Origin: Paraphysomonas bandaiensis | Lineage: Eukaryota > Protista > Chrysophyceae | Assembly: GCA_965644295.1 (NCBI GenBank) | Contig: CBFFRP010000298.1 | Coordinates: 496,001-560,000 of the forward strand | Direction of reading: 5' to 3' | Length of the DNA: 64,000 nt | In this document: positions 12,457 through 24,860 of the stretch, one piece after another | Numbering within the stretch: the stretch's first letter is position 1 | How the letters are laid out: the number at the start of each line of letters is the position of its first letter | Made by a program: the position numbers and the translations under genes | The notes under the pieces: generated by a model | Told to the model about the DNA's origin: nothing | Databases searched by the model: none | The model's input: only the letters and a program-made list of their open reading frames with translations

Positions 12457-12773
12457 TACATACATACATACATACATACATACATACATACATACATACA
12501 TACATACATACATACATACATACATACATACATACATACATACATACATACATACATACATACATACATACATACATACATACATACATACATACATACA
12601 TACATACATACATACATACATACATACATACATACATACATACATACATACATACATACATACATACATACATACATACATACATACATACATACATACA
12701 TACATACATACATACATACATACATACATACATACATACATACATACATACATACATACATACATACATACAT
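12457..12773. repeat. Perfect (TACA)n microsatellite, ~317 bp, ~79 units
   Basis: Directly visible. Confidence 0.99.
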
Positions 12774-12818
12774 GATTATCTTTATCTCCATATTATCAAA
12801 CTCTGCTATATCCTCACA

Positions 12819-15123
12819 ATGGAAACCGGCAGCATGACCCCCCCTTCCAGTAGGAAGAAGGTGGCTCTGAAGAATGTGGCGTTGAGGCGGTCTATGTCTC
12901 TATCTGCTCCTGAGAGGCCTCCTGTGGATCTACAGCAGCTTGTGAGGGTATATATGCTGGATGGGTCGTCCAAACTACTGCAGATGAAGGACTCCAGGTG
13001 CCTATACACTCCACTATATTACGAATGTGTATATATGGTCTATGTATGGTGTGTGTAGTATAGGAGGTACTGTATCGTATAGTGTAGTGAGGGAGTGTGA
13101 ATGTATGTTATACAGTAGAGTGTAGTAGAGTAGGGGAGGGTCTATTGTAGTGTATTATGTTATGTTGGTTCTGTATGTGGTGTTGTGAATGAGTTGAGGT
13201 GGTATTATAACAGTACGATTTGCTGTGTGATAACTATTGAGGGATTTGTTTGATTTCTTTTGCAGCACTGCTAAAGACGTGTTGGAGCAACTCAAATACA
13301 ACATGGATTTGTCGTCTATAAAAACGTTTGCGCTCTACCGAGTCAGTGGTGCTCAGCAGCGCCGTATTGATATCGTGGCCCGTATAAAAGACGTCTTGGT
13401 TCCTCGAGAAGGAGAGGAAACTGTCCGCATATTGTTTCGCTCGTGGATAAGTGACCGCTATTGCCAGTTCGACAAAGAAGCAATGCAGGATGATGCTAGG
13501 GTGAAAAGCCCAAATTCTGCTTTGTGGCTGAAGTTTATAGAGGGTGTATTTATGGTACTCAATGGGAAGTGCTATCTAACGGAGGATGAGTCGATGATGC
13601 TTGGGTGCTTGAAAATGCAGGTCTTATTTTCCTGTGAACTATTACTCTTGTGCTCATTATTTACCCTAGGCCGATTCAGGAGATTACAGGGCAAATGTTC
13701 ATAATCTTGAGAAAATAAAACTTAGAATTGCTACATCATTCCCATCCCCGCTGAAGGACAAGATGGTGTCGTATATGTCACCCAATAGCAAGCACGCAGC
13801 GAAGGCTGACGAAGTTGCAATGCGAGCTCAGTTACTTTACTCCAGATTAGCGGGTGAGAGTTTTTTGGTACCATACCATTCGCTATTTACTATCACCCGC
13901 CATTTTCGCTTTGCCATGTTTTAAATCTGGTATTTTGTATTTGTTACTTTCTGCCATACTTTAAGTGTGGTACTCATTTGAATACAGGATATACGAAAGC
14001 AGAGGCCCAGATTGAATATCTTCGCATGCTGCGCGTGTGGTGTCCTTTTTATGGTGGAACTTTTTTCTACCTTGATTGTCAGTACGATGATGATCCAACC
14101 AACAGTGATAATCAGCCACCTGTGATAAAAATGACAGCTGCCATCACACAGAATGGGATATATCTGATATCCACCATGCGACCACCGGTTATTTTACGGC
14201 AGCCTTTTAACCGCATTGTGAAATGGTCTACACATGTCGATTTGAACATATTCTGCTATTGGGTGTTGAAGGACAAGTACCAACTCTCTGATATCGAGAG
14301 AGCTCAAAGTACGAACGATAATAACGGTGCGGATGGCGATGCTGGTGGAGAAGCGGACCCTGGGTTCGATGCCAACATGTATTGTGACTGTGTGTACCTT
14401 GTGACTGATGAAGTGTTGGAGGTTGAATTCCTTGTGAAAAGCTATCTGAGCCTTTTGAAGAACCAAGTTACCCCACTATTACCAGGAGATACTCCGGATT
14501 TAGAAATGGATGATGATGGTACATTGATAGGCTCCGGTGGCGGCAAGAGAACTTCTGATGATGATGACAACACCTCAGTCGCTAGTGACAAGCCCAAACC
14601 CCCAATTAACAGGAGAGCGAGTGGGATAAATAGATTTTTTCAGGTATTGTGCTTAAGAGGATTGTTATGAGAGTGTACAGTAGTACATTATTTATTTTTA
14701 TCATTATGGCAATGCCGTCCACCGTCAGACCTGGGTATATCTATGAGTAATGGGTGCCGTATTATGTGAAGCAAAGCAGTATTATTTAATTTGTGTTTTG
14801 TGTAGGCTCTGAGTGGTGGGGCTACTGAAAACTCCTCGGGACACGGTGGCATAATGGAATCCGACTTCGACACTCCCGTATACGGCGATGATACTCCCAC
14901 TATGTCCAGTAGTGTATTCAAGGACATTTACCAGAGTGATCAGTCAAAGAATGCGTGCGAAGAGGGTGACGGTGATGACATTGATATGGTTCTTGCTGCA
15001 AGCCTGGAAGAGTTAAATAGACTATCAACGTTGCCTGACAGCCGCGAAGATGAAACTGACAGTCCCAAGTCATCCCCGAAAGAGCAACCAAGGCGCCGCT
15101 CTATGTTTAATTGGTCATCGTAA
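12819..15123 (+). CDS. FERM (band 4.1) domain protein, multi-exon
   Basis: VRVYMLDGSSKLLQMKDS|STAKDVL (F1), YLTEDESMMLGCLKMQ|ADSGDY and KAEAQIEYLR..WCPFYGGTFF (F2), AAITQNGIYLI..PFNRIVKW (F3); acidic tail. Confidence 0.85.
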
Positions 15124-15731
15124 AATATACAGTTTATCTACATTGTGTCATGGAGCAAAGACTTGTTTGGTGTATCGTGTATTGATGTACAGCCATTGTA
15201 ATATATTATTTGGTTACAAGAGTAATATATATTCGTAAGAATAATACTTGAGAAGTAAACGGTGACGGTCTTGTTTTTCTGGCATATCTCGTCCAACTTC
15301 AGAAACTTTTTCTCTGTTTCCTGGTTATAAGAGCTGGTTCCTGGAAAATGATTATGAAATACACAACTTCATTTTCCATGATATATCTTTCTTTGATGAT
15401 TATCAGCTTACCACCATAATATATATATTAAAATCAATATCGTATATTTCTATACAAGAATTTATACTTACACAATATAATTCTACCATGAAACAAGCTC
15501 CAGAAAAAGCATTCTGATATATCATACGTTTATAGTGAAAATTATCAGCATTATACAACTCTGAAATTTCAGCCATTATCCAACGAAGTAAACAGCATGG
15601 GATTGGTTCTAATAAAATATTTAAAACGATGATACGATAATACAAACTACGATGCAAGAAATAGAAATGAGACTACGTACTAGCGACGATACCATCTTAA
15701 GGGGCACTGATTGCATTGAATCTTTAAAGCA

Positions 15732-18700
15732 TTATTCTATATCGCTATCTGGGGGCGAGAACTTAAGTTGCTTCGGTGAGATCCTATTCGATTCATCAAA
15801 TATGCAGCTGGTAGGAGTTTTTATAGAAGGAGATTGACGCTTACATCGGTTCCTAATTTATATCATAACTTGATTTAAACATAGTATTTCATACTAGTAT
15901 TTCATGCAGTGCCATGCTAAATGCACGTGCTCAGGACAGTCGTACCTTATAAAAGTCATAACTGCGTGAGTATTTTGTGAAGAAGTAGTAACTGACGCCG
16001 AGGCAGTGGTTGTTATAGATTGTGGTGTTGTATAGGGCACACATTCGTCATGAATATGTACAGACATTTTACCGCGTGTGATGGTAGTGACACTATCTGA
16101 GATTTGCGATTCTGTCTCTGTGGGAAATACAGATTGAGTTTTGAGATGCGGCGATAAGGTTGTGGATCTAGATTCTCCAGATTTCTCCAGCAGATACGTT
16201 GTTGTATCACAGTCCTCATTAGGAAACCGATTTCCATCATCATTGCAGCCATCGCTTTCACAACTTATGCCTGCACTTTCGAGTGCAACTCTGCTATCTT
16301 GCGAACGCGTAGGGCTCGACAAATCTATTCCTATGTCATCACATGCGGACTCAGGAATGTTACCGAAATCATCAGCACAAACAATTGGTTGCCGTGCAGT
16401 CAACTTTTGAGAGTCAATCGATTCCTCTTCATATATATCTGATTGCTCTATATATCTGTAGTTGCATTACATCGCTAAAGGAGAATGCAATACATGCGAC
16501 ATTAAATACATACCTCTGAATGATCTCGAGATCTTTATCGGATAGCTTGTTTCGTAGATTTGAGAGGTACATTTTCAAGCCTAAGTCGTCCAGAGACGAG
16601 TCTTTCAGCATTACTACCTGCTGCGCCAAATACTTCGCTTGACTATACTCTCCCAGGGCTGCATCAGGGGCACTTATGCGTTGGACAGGGAATAAAAGAA
16701 TGGTCAACCTGACGTTTTCAGAAGCATAGGATGCAATCTATTCAGTTGTTTCTGGTATGACCTTGCTTGGGTCAGAATATCCTCTGGAATACCACCTGAA
16801 GAATCATAATTGTATAAGTAATACATATAGGCATAGAGTAATATATGCCCATATACATGTCGTCTAGCAACAAAGTAGAGTTAAATATTTCCATCCGCAT
16901 CATGTGTCATGTTAGGAACTGACATGATTCTGCCATCACGAGACCATATCCTGATCTCATATCGCAGGGACCATTTCCTATTTGATGCAAATAACCAATT
17001 CTGTTGTTTTCAGTGTCGATCTGAAGACGCCCATTAAGAATCGCAATAAACACCACATATGTACTTTTTCATGCAAGCGAACACGGTAAAGAGCAAGCAC
17101 CAGCTACACAACTAGATACAGCATAATAATTGCAATGGACTTACTGTTGTCTTCAGATGAACATTGCGCACATTGTCGTACATGTCAGCCAACGATATTC
17201 TGCACAATAAAACAGAGTCAAACGAACATGCACCGACTACACAACTGATATATATGTCCATTGATTCAAGGTATCACCAACATTTGCGGATAGTGTGTAA
17301 CGAATAAAATGTAGGCAGACGTGCTCTGGAGGTGCTCCGCAATAGCAAATGCAATCGCCATCCCATCCAAATTCGAAGTTCCTCTTCCGAGTTCATCGAT
17401 TATAACCAGTGATGATTTAGTGACATTTGCCAGAATATAAGAGGCTTCCTGATATAAGCGCATATGTAATCAGAGATCACATAGTATTACACACCGAAGT
17501 TAAGTAAACAAATAGAAATATTTCGTGTACAAACAGACTTACTTGCCTTCATTTCAACTTGAAAAGTACTTAGGTTGTTTTCCATGTCGTCTTCAGTGCC
17601 TATTCGAGATAGAATCCGGTCTCTTATAGGGATAACTGCATTTCTAGCAGGCACAAAGCTCCCAATCTGTCCAAGAATTACAAGAAGAGCCACCTGAGTA
17701 GATATATATGATAGTTGTTAATTACATTTAGCTTCTATAATCAAAGCATGCCTGCTTAATAAATGTACTTTTCCCGGAGCCGTTGGCACCAGTAACAATA
17801 TGCATGTTCTGATGAAAATCCACAAAAGTGCTGTTCTCAACAAATGGAGAATGTTGAATTACGCTCACAACTGTACATCACAATCACAAGCACAATAGTT
17901 CATTCCATTGTAACAGCAAAACAATGAAAAGCGTACCAGGGTGACGAGCACTATCAATCACTAGAGGTCCACTCGCCCTTAGCACTGGCCTTTCAAGTAT
18001 TAAAATAAATATAATAAGGCCAAGATAATACATATAGGGATACCTGGTGTAAGAACTTGCGTTGGATAAAACCAACTCTGCAAAAGAGCTGTGTATTCAT
18101 TACTACTTATGCAGTAAACACATGCAAAAATATTTTATATTGTGTTTCAATCCTGCACAAATGTGCAGACTTATAATTATACTCGTTCGTTACCTCAACA
18201 TATCAAGCAAAGCGATGCTGTCAACGAAAGCAAATAGCACGCTTATTCTATCGCGAATACGGTCCATCAATTCTTGTATGAGCTCGTTGGTTATAGTGAG
18301 GGCAGTCAATATTGACTCCGATGCACGATCTACATATGTAGAGAGCACATAATAAGTAGATGCATATCCAACCATATACTTAGTATTGAGTATATATTAA
18401 GTGTGTCCCTTACCTGATAGAGACAACATCTCCTCTGTTGTGCATGATATCGTAACTTTGTTGAGAACCGCTTGCACAAATATATCAGGAAGCTCCTTCG
18501 AAGAACACATATTATATTTACCGAAGTAGAAATAACCATTCATTGGAATACGAAGTCTATATCAAGTATACTCAGTGAATAAAGTTCATCACCTTAATGT
18601 CGCTGGGGATTTGCAAATAGTATCCTCTGGATGCACTGTATGCCGCCTTTACATTTATTTGCAGTTGATTTGAGTACTCTTGCGCAAGCTAAATCATAGT

Positions 18701-20906
18701 TTACGGAAGCTCCACGCAATACGTTCAAGGACGCTTACGTCATATATATCTTCGACGCATTGAAGAAAGGAAGTACGAGCAACATCCAACAATCCATGCG
18801 TCCCCGATCTGCCCAAGTAATGTTAGAGATCATATAACTATTTTAGACGAGGCAAGACAATAACAGTCTTACTTGACAGCGAAACACTCTTGGTGTCTCA
18901 TCTGGTCAGCACTCTTCGAGAAAGTAGTCGAATCAGTGATGAATCTGTCGATATCATTCTAAACAAGCACCTTTATTACCACAAATTTCACGTAATGCAC
19001 AACTGCCAGTCCTGACCAACGACTTCATCATAGAGCACAACACATCAGGAAATTCTATGAAAAACGCGCAACATTTCTACCACGATATATACAACGTATC
19101 ATTATTTATACCAGCATAGTTGTAAGGGTGTCTGAAGAGCAATTATTTGCAATTGTTTCAAGAAGAGGGTTGCACTCCTCAGAATCCTGTTTTAAAATGC
19201 ATATCATTTTCCCCAATAAACCAATATGCCAGTGATTTAACATATGAATAGGCTGGAGCAGTATAATATAGTACAATAGCAATTTTTTACAACATGACCT
19301 GGTAAAGCTGCCGTAAAAGCGAGGTAAATTCTGGAAGAAGCTTCAGGCTATGCTTTAAGTATATCAAAGTATCAATTCCAATTCTAGCAGTTTTCGCGGT
19401 ATGAGTTTTCGGAACCGCACAGAGACCGTTTAGCATTTTATCTAGATCCGGAAATCTACCGTATATTGCATCAATGAAATCAATGCTACAACAATAGCTA
19501 TTAAAGCAAGAGTTATTACGACCGCACCTCGAAATCATATATTGAATATCGCCATGGACATCTTGATGGCTCATCAACACTTGCACGACATCAAGCCGGC
19601 AGTTAATTGTGGCAATATCCGTCAAGGGCCTCAACAAGGTAGCCCTAAGTAGTCGCTGTCCCACTACCTTGAATGGAAGTAAACTTACATACAGAATAAG
19701 TGTTCAATAATTCAAGATTTCTGACAATGAAATGTGCAATACAGTTCTTTGTGGATTGGTATTATTTGATAAAAATGTTGGTTACCGATTTGGTGAAGTT
19801 CGTACAACCAAAGAGACTGTCTTTCTGATTTCCGCTACATGTTACAATTATAGAAGTTAGCACCACATACGATACTCTCCGCAGCTCTAGCGAAAACATA
19901 CGATGCGTCACACATTGCGCTATTGACGTATGTCATCACTTAAGTTATCAACTGCACCTGCAAACGTTGGATATAATTTCTAGGTTCAGTGATGTTTTGC
20001 TATCAATGATCATGCGGTCTCGACCCCCTGAGCCGTAGACAAGTCTATAACAGTTGAGACAGTTTTAGGGAATATACTTCGGACAATAGCAGTGCTTGAC
20101 AACAATAACGATCCCATACATATATAGTATTGATTTTTAAATATACTCATGCCTGAGAGAATGGTGTCCAAAAGTACTTCCCGATGTGTTTTCCACATAT
20201 CTCAGAAGGCAGTAAACGCCGGCCAAAACAGTGTATTTCGCTATCATATCTGCATCCACATCTCCGGCTACCACCTTAATGAAGTGAGGCATATCGTGGT
20301 TTTCTTTCATGTCGCTATCAAGATTTAACTACTCGGCCACACACATGCTTCTCTAATACTTAAATACCTTTTTAAGCATATCTGCACCTCGATTCTGATC
20401 AAAATACTGCAAATGAATTTGATATTGATGTAGGTATCCAAGTGATACAATAGTGGCCAACCTGTCTGCTAATGAAGAGAACTCTACACGCATCAGTTGT
20501 TTTCGTAAACTCCTCAATAATTTTAAGACTTAAAATCTTGCGGCGACATCCATCGTGAAGGAGAATCTACTGACTGTTATAAGGCATAACAGAAGCAGTG
20601 ATATGAACTCTACTTCGTCGGGTTGTATAATCTCCAACAGCGTGAGTGTCTGTGAGTACGAGTGGTTGTCTATTACTATATGGATTTCCAGCAGTGACAC
20701 CTGTATAACAAACACTTCTTGGTGATAACGACATGCTCATTGCACTAGTAATACATTTGTAGTGTCAATTTGAGCCAAACACACTTCTCGTGACCTGCAC
20801 ACACACACCTCACATCACGAGTTACAACAAACGGTTTTCACCTATTCTCCACGACAGATACAACCACTAAACCATTCTTTTCTCGTTGGAAAGTATCTGT
20901 TGCCAT
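15732..20906 (-). CDS. MSH4: MutS homolog 4 (meiotic crossover factor), highly intron-rich
   Basis: Begins at the connector domain (VVSVVENR|[10 protein letters not shown]) with no mismatch-binding domain; [12 protein letters not shown]; [11 protein letters not shown]; Walker [11 protein letters not shown]; STFQVEMKE; [13 protein letters not shown] rather than the MSH5-type DEFGKGT; FVTHY. Confidence 0.85.
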
Positions 20907-21546
20907 TCTTACAATTAAATTAAATGGAATTTAACAGTATATTAAATTCCAGTTAATACGAGACTGTATGTATAATTATACTATGAACACAACAATACAC
21001 TCATTTGCCAATTCCATTGAAGTCGAAGTCAGAAGTAATTCTATCGAAGTTCAACATCATGAACTTCAAATTTATTATATTCTGTCATTCTTATACACAG
21101 ATATCCAGGATATTGTAGCTGTTGGCTGCTACTTTGAGATGTATGTCGTAGTTCACTTTATGTGGAGCGAGCGAGCACTTCACTTCACTTCACACGCTGT
21201 GGTGTGAATTCATATATTTTGTTAGTTTTTTAGTGAAATCGCAGATTTTGGAAGTCTCATACTTAAAAATAAGGGTTTCCTGACTAAGAAGAAAACAAAC
21301 CCATCAATTCTAGAATTGGCGGAAAGTAAAATTGATCTGATTGGCTGATTCAGGGGACAGCGGTGCGATAGCTGGGACAGCAGTGCAGAGTTTCCCATCT
21401 ATATCTCAACAAGTGGCTACGAATTCCAATGGGTTGCTAGTGTTATGCTGCACATAGAGTACGTTATGACTTTCAGATGTCATAAATCACTACAATTGAA
21501 TGTTCCCCTAGCTGTAGTATAGTGCTCGTGGTTGAATATTGTGACT

Positions 21547-23285
21547 ATGGGTGGTAATTGTAGCTGTTATGGAAGGAACAACACATATTCCAAGTATCCA
21601 GAACTTAAACAATGGCAACCTGAGTTTGAGGCTCTAAAGCTGACTCCTTATGCTGTGAAAAGGCTCTATAAACTGTTTAAGAAAATCGATACAGATGGTT
21701 CAGGAAGCATACAAGTTGATGAGTTGCTTGACTTCATCGACCTGGAAAGAAATAAATTTTCGGAAAGGGTTCGTCGAGTGTTAAAACGAGAGCGCTATAA
21801 CAGTTTTATGTAGGTTTTCTCCATATTTGACCATGATGGTAGCAAGTGCATTGATTTCAAGGAGTTCACAATCGCGCTATGGAACTACTGTACCCTTGGA
21901 AATACTACATTACGTATGCGTTGATTATGGCTGATATATTAGATTAATATACTTTCGTAGTTTTGTTTGCGTTTGATTTATACGACAAGGATGCCAGTGG
22001 TGTAATTGGCGCTGTTGAAGTCGACCTCATGCTGAAAGAAATATATGGAACCAAATTTCAGAAAAACATTCATGCACAGCGCATAAGCGAAAAAATAGGA
22101 AATCTTTCAATGGAAGACGTGAACACGGATATCTTTGTAGAGTTTATTCGCAATCATCCTGCGCTTATATACCCCGCATTCACAATGCAACAACTGATTC
22201 AGACGAAGTGCATGGGAAAGAGATTTTGGAAAGAGGTTTCCAAGCGCCGTGTCGAACTTGCGCATGGACATTTTTTGTCAGTAGATGAAATAGTAAACCT
22301 ATTAAACCATGCAGTAATGGAGAAGAAGGTCGAAAAGAATAAAAACATGCGCACATTTGAAATCGAAACTATTTTGGAGTCCGAGGAGGAAAAGAAACAA
22401 ACGATTGTCACTTGTCGCCGCGGTAGAAATAAAGATAGTGTCCGTGATAACAAAAAGGATAATCGTCGTGGTTCTACAAATTCGATAACTTCAACGACAT
22501 CTAACACAGATACCTTATCGGAATCGAGTCCAATGAAGCATATCGATTTCGTGCCGGCACCTGTTGGTTCCCATAAGAAGAGGCAGTCGTTTACTCAGAG
22601 CTTGCTCAGCATGGACAGCGCAGATCGCACATCGACAGAAAAGTCTCTGGTGTCGCCATTTAAACGAGAATCGAGTAAATCAGGCAGTCGTAGAGGTACC
22701 TTTCCTACTGGAGATTCTTCGACCAGCATATTTGACAAAATGAGCAAGCCCCGAGCTGGGACCTACGAAGATCTTGCCATTAGCAGCTTTAATGACGAGG
22801 ATTGTCATATCGCCCCACTTAAAACAGATCTTAGCCGTCGTATGTCGTCTCATCGACTGAAGCCCCGTTCTCAATCTACTCAGCTGAGCAGGGATCTTTC
22901 TAGACGTGGATCATCAAAGAAGTTTGGCGTTGGTCCATATGATAGAGGCTCCTCATTTAATGGAAGCGGATCACCCTGTAAGAAAAAACAAATTCTACCA
23001 GAGCCACAGGTGTACTACAAGGACTTGAGCCGTCGAATCTCCTCAGAATCCCAACTCGACGACCCTGAACCACCTTTCCACCAGCAACTATCACGCCGCA
23101 TGTCGTCAACTAGAATGAGTGGAATGTACGACGGGGATTCATCATCTACCCTCAAAGGAATAAACGACGAGAAAAAGAAGAATTCTAAAAAGAGGAGACA
23201 CTCAGATGCTTCAATTCCTAGCAATTCTGATATTGAAAAACTTGTGACAGACTCTCATCGATTGAGACGGGTCAGCATCTACTAA
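21547..23285 (+). CDS. EF-hand calcium sensor (calcineurin-B/recoverin-like) with N-acylation signal and long disordered tail
   Basis: MGGNCSC start; EF loops DTDGSGSIQVDE, DHDGSKCIDFKE, DKDASGVIGAVE; two short introns. Confidence 0.85.
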
Positions 23286-24860
23286 TTTAGCATAGTGTAT
23301 TTGGACGCAAACATCACAATGCCAGTATTACATGTCAATGCAACAGAGCATGCTATATCTATATATACTTTGCAATCAGTATTTGCTACGTTTACATTAT
23401 CCTCACAGGCATATATGTCTTCCTGCAAAATACGTATATATAGATATATTGAACTTTTATATAATAGGAATGGGTATTGAGATTGCATTATATTCCTATC
23501 GTCGTGTTTTTTTATTTTCAGTGTGGTAGTATTCTCTTTGCGTGTGAAACATAAACTTAAAGTTTTATATTAGTTTTAATTGATTAAATATTTATCATCC
23601 ACTCTCTATACACGCACAAAACATTTATACTTGATAGGAATTACGCGCTCCCATATTGAATAACAGCTTTGTTGTTGCTCCAACAGCTCCTACATATCGC
23701 GCGCTGGCTATTAAAGGTACCAGAGAAATGATATCCAGTATACCTCGTTCTTTGCTTACATGAAACCGTTTTCGTACATATAGTGCTGCCAATTTGATTC
23801 TTTACAAGTTTCTCTGTAGTACGAGTATAGATTAGCCACCCAAGCACCACAGTTCGAATAAATGCAATCCATTATTGTAAGTACTGACTGTGGTGCGGTC
23901 ACGAAGGAATACACCGTATCAATTTATCACGAGAACTAAAACGATGAGCACAACGTATTCTGGCATCAGATGATGTGAATTTCTCATAGTTATAACATCG
24001 ACGTGCGAACATGACCATCTCAGGCTATCGTCTGGAGCAATAAAGTATGTGCCACACGACCACTTCATGCTCTCAAACACATACGTACGTATGTCTATCA
24101 GATACTGTTGCGTCATTTCCAGTTCGAACACTCATATTTTCAGCGCTTGTTATAGATTCAGACTCATATGAAGCACTGATTGTCCTCTCTGTGATGAAGA
24201 TTCATCTCCTGTCACACTAGAATTCAATTCCTTCTCCACATCGTACTGCACATTCATGTGATACATGATGATATGAACACTGTGCTGCTCCTGTGGGGTG
24301 TGCGTTGTATACGTTTATTGACCTACACTTTCCTGTATAAAATCCCCGCTTTTTTGTGTACAGTAGATACAGAGTACAGAAATCTCCAGCAGTACAAGCA
24401 CAAGCACAGTGGAGTGCTGCTGTATACCAGTGTATACCGTATACCAACAATAAACATCATACGAGGGCAGCAGTTCAACTCTTGGAAGAGTTATACTACT
24501 CCAAGATCCACTGTGCATCTATTCGGTATTCTTCAGATCTAGGAATCCTACTGTGGACTGTGATTTCTATATATGGATATCCAGATAGTTGAAGTGTTGG
24601 GATAGTGTCAGTGACACCAGATCATATGGAATCGATGTATGAAGTGTCGGCGAGATGTGTCGTATGTTCATTAATATTCGCACATGTAAATGGAATTCAA
24701 TCCATATACACCTGCTTTCATATGTTATATCCATGGATATCCATGGATATCGGCTAATTCTTACTAGGTAGATGCTCTTGATAAGGCTCATCTAGTATTC
24801 AAGAATAATTTCTAATAGATTCAGCAGCTCTATCGCGATGTATTTATAGTACCTGATTAT

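Noticed and set aside
23640-24260. Possible minus-strand gene behind a TAC-rich region
   Set aside because: All frames interrupted and no recognisable domain; at most a decayed pseudogene
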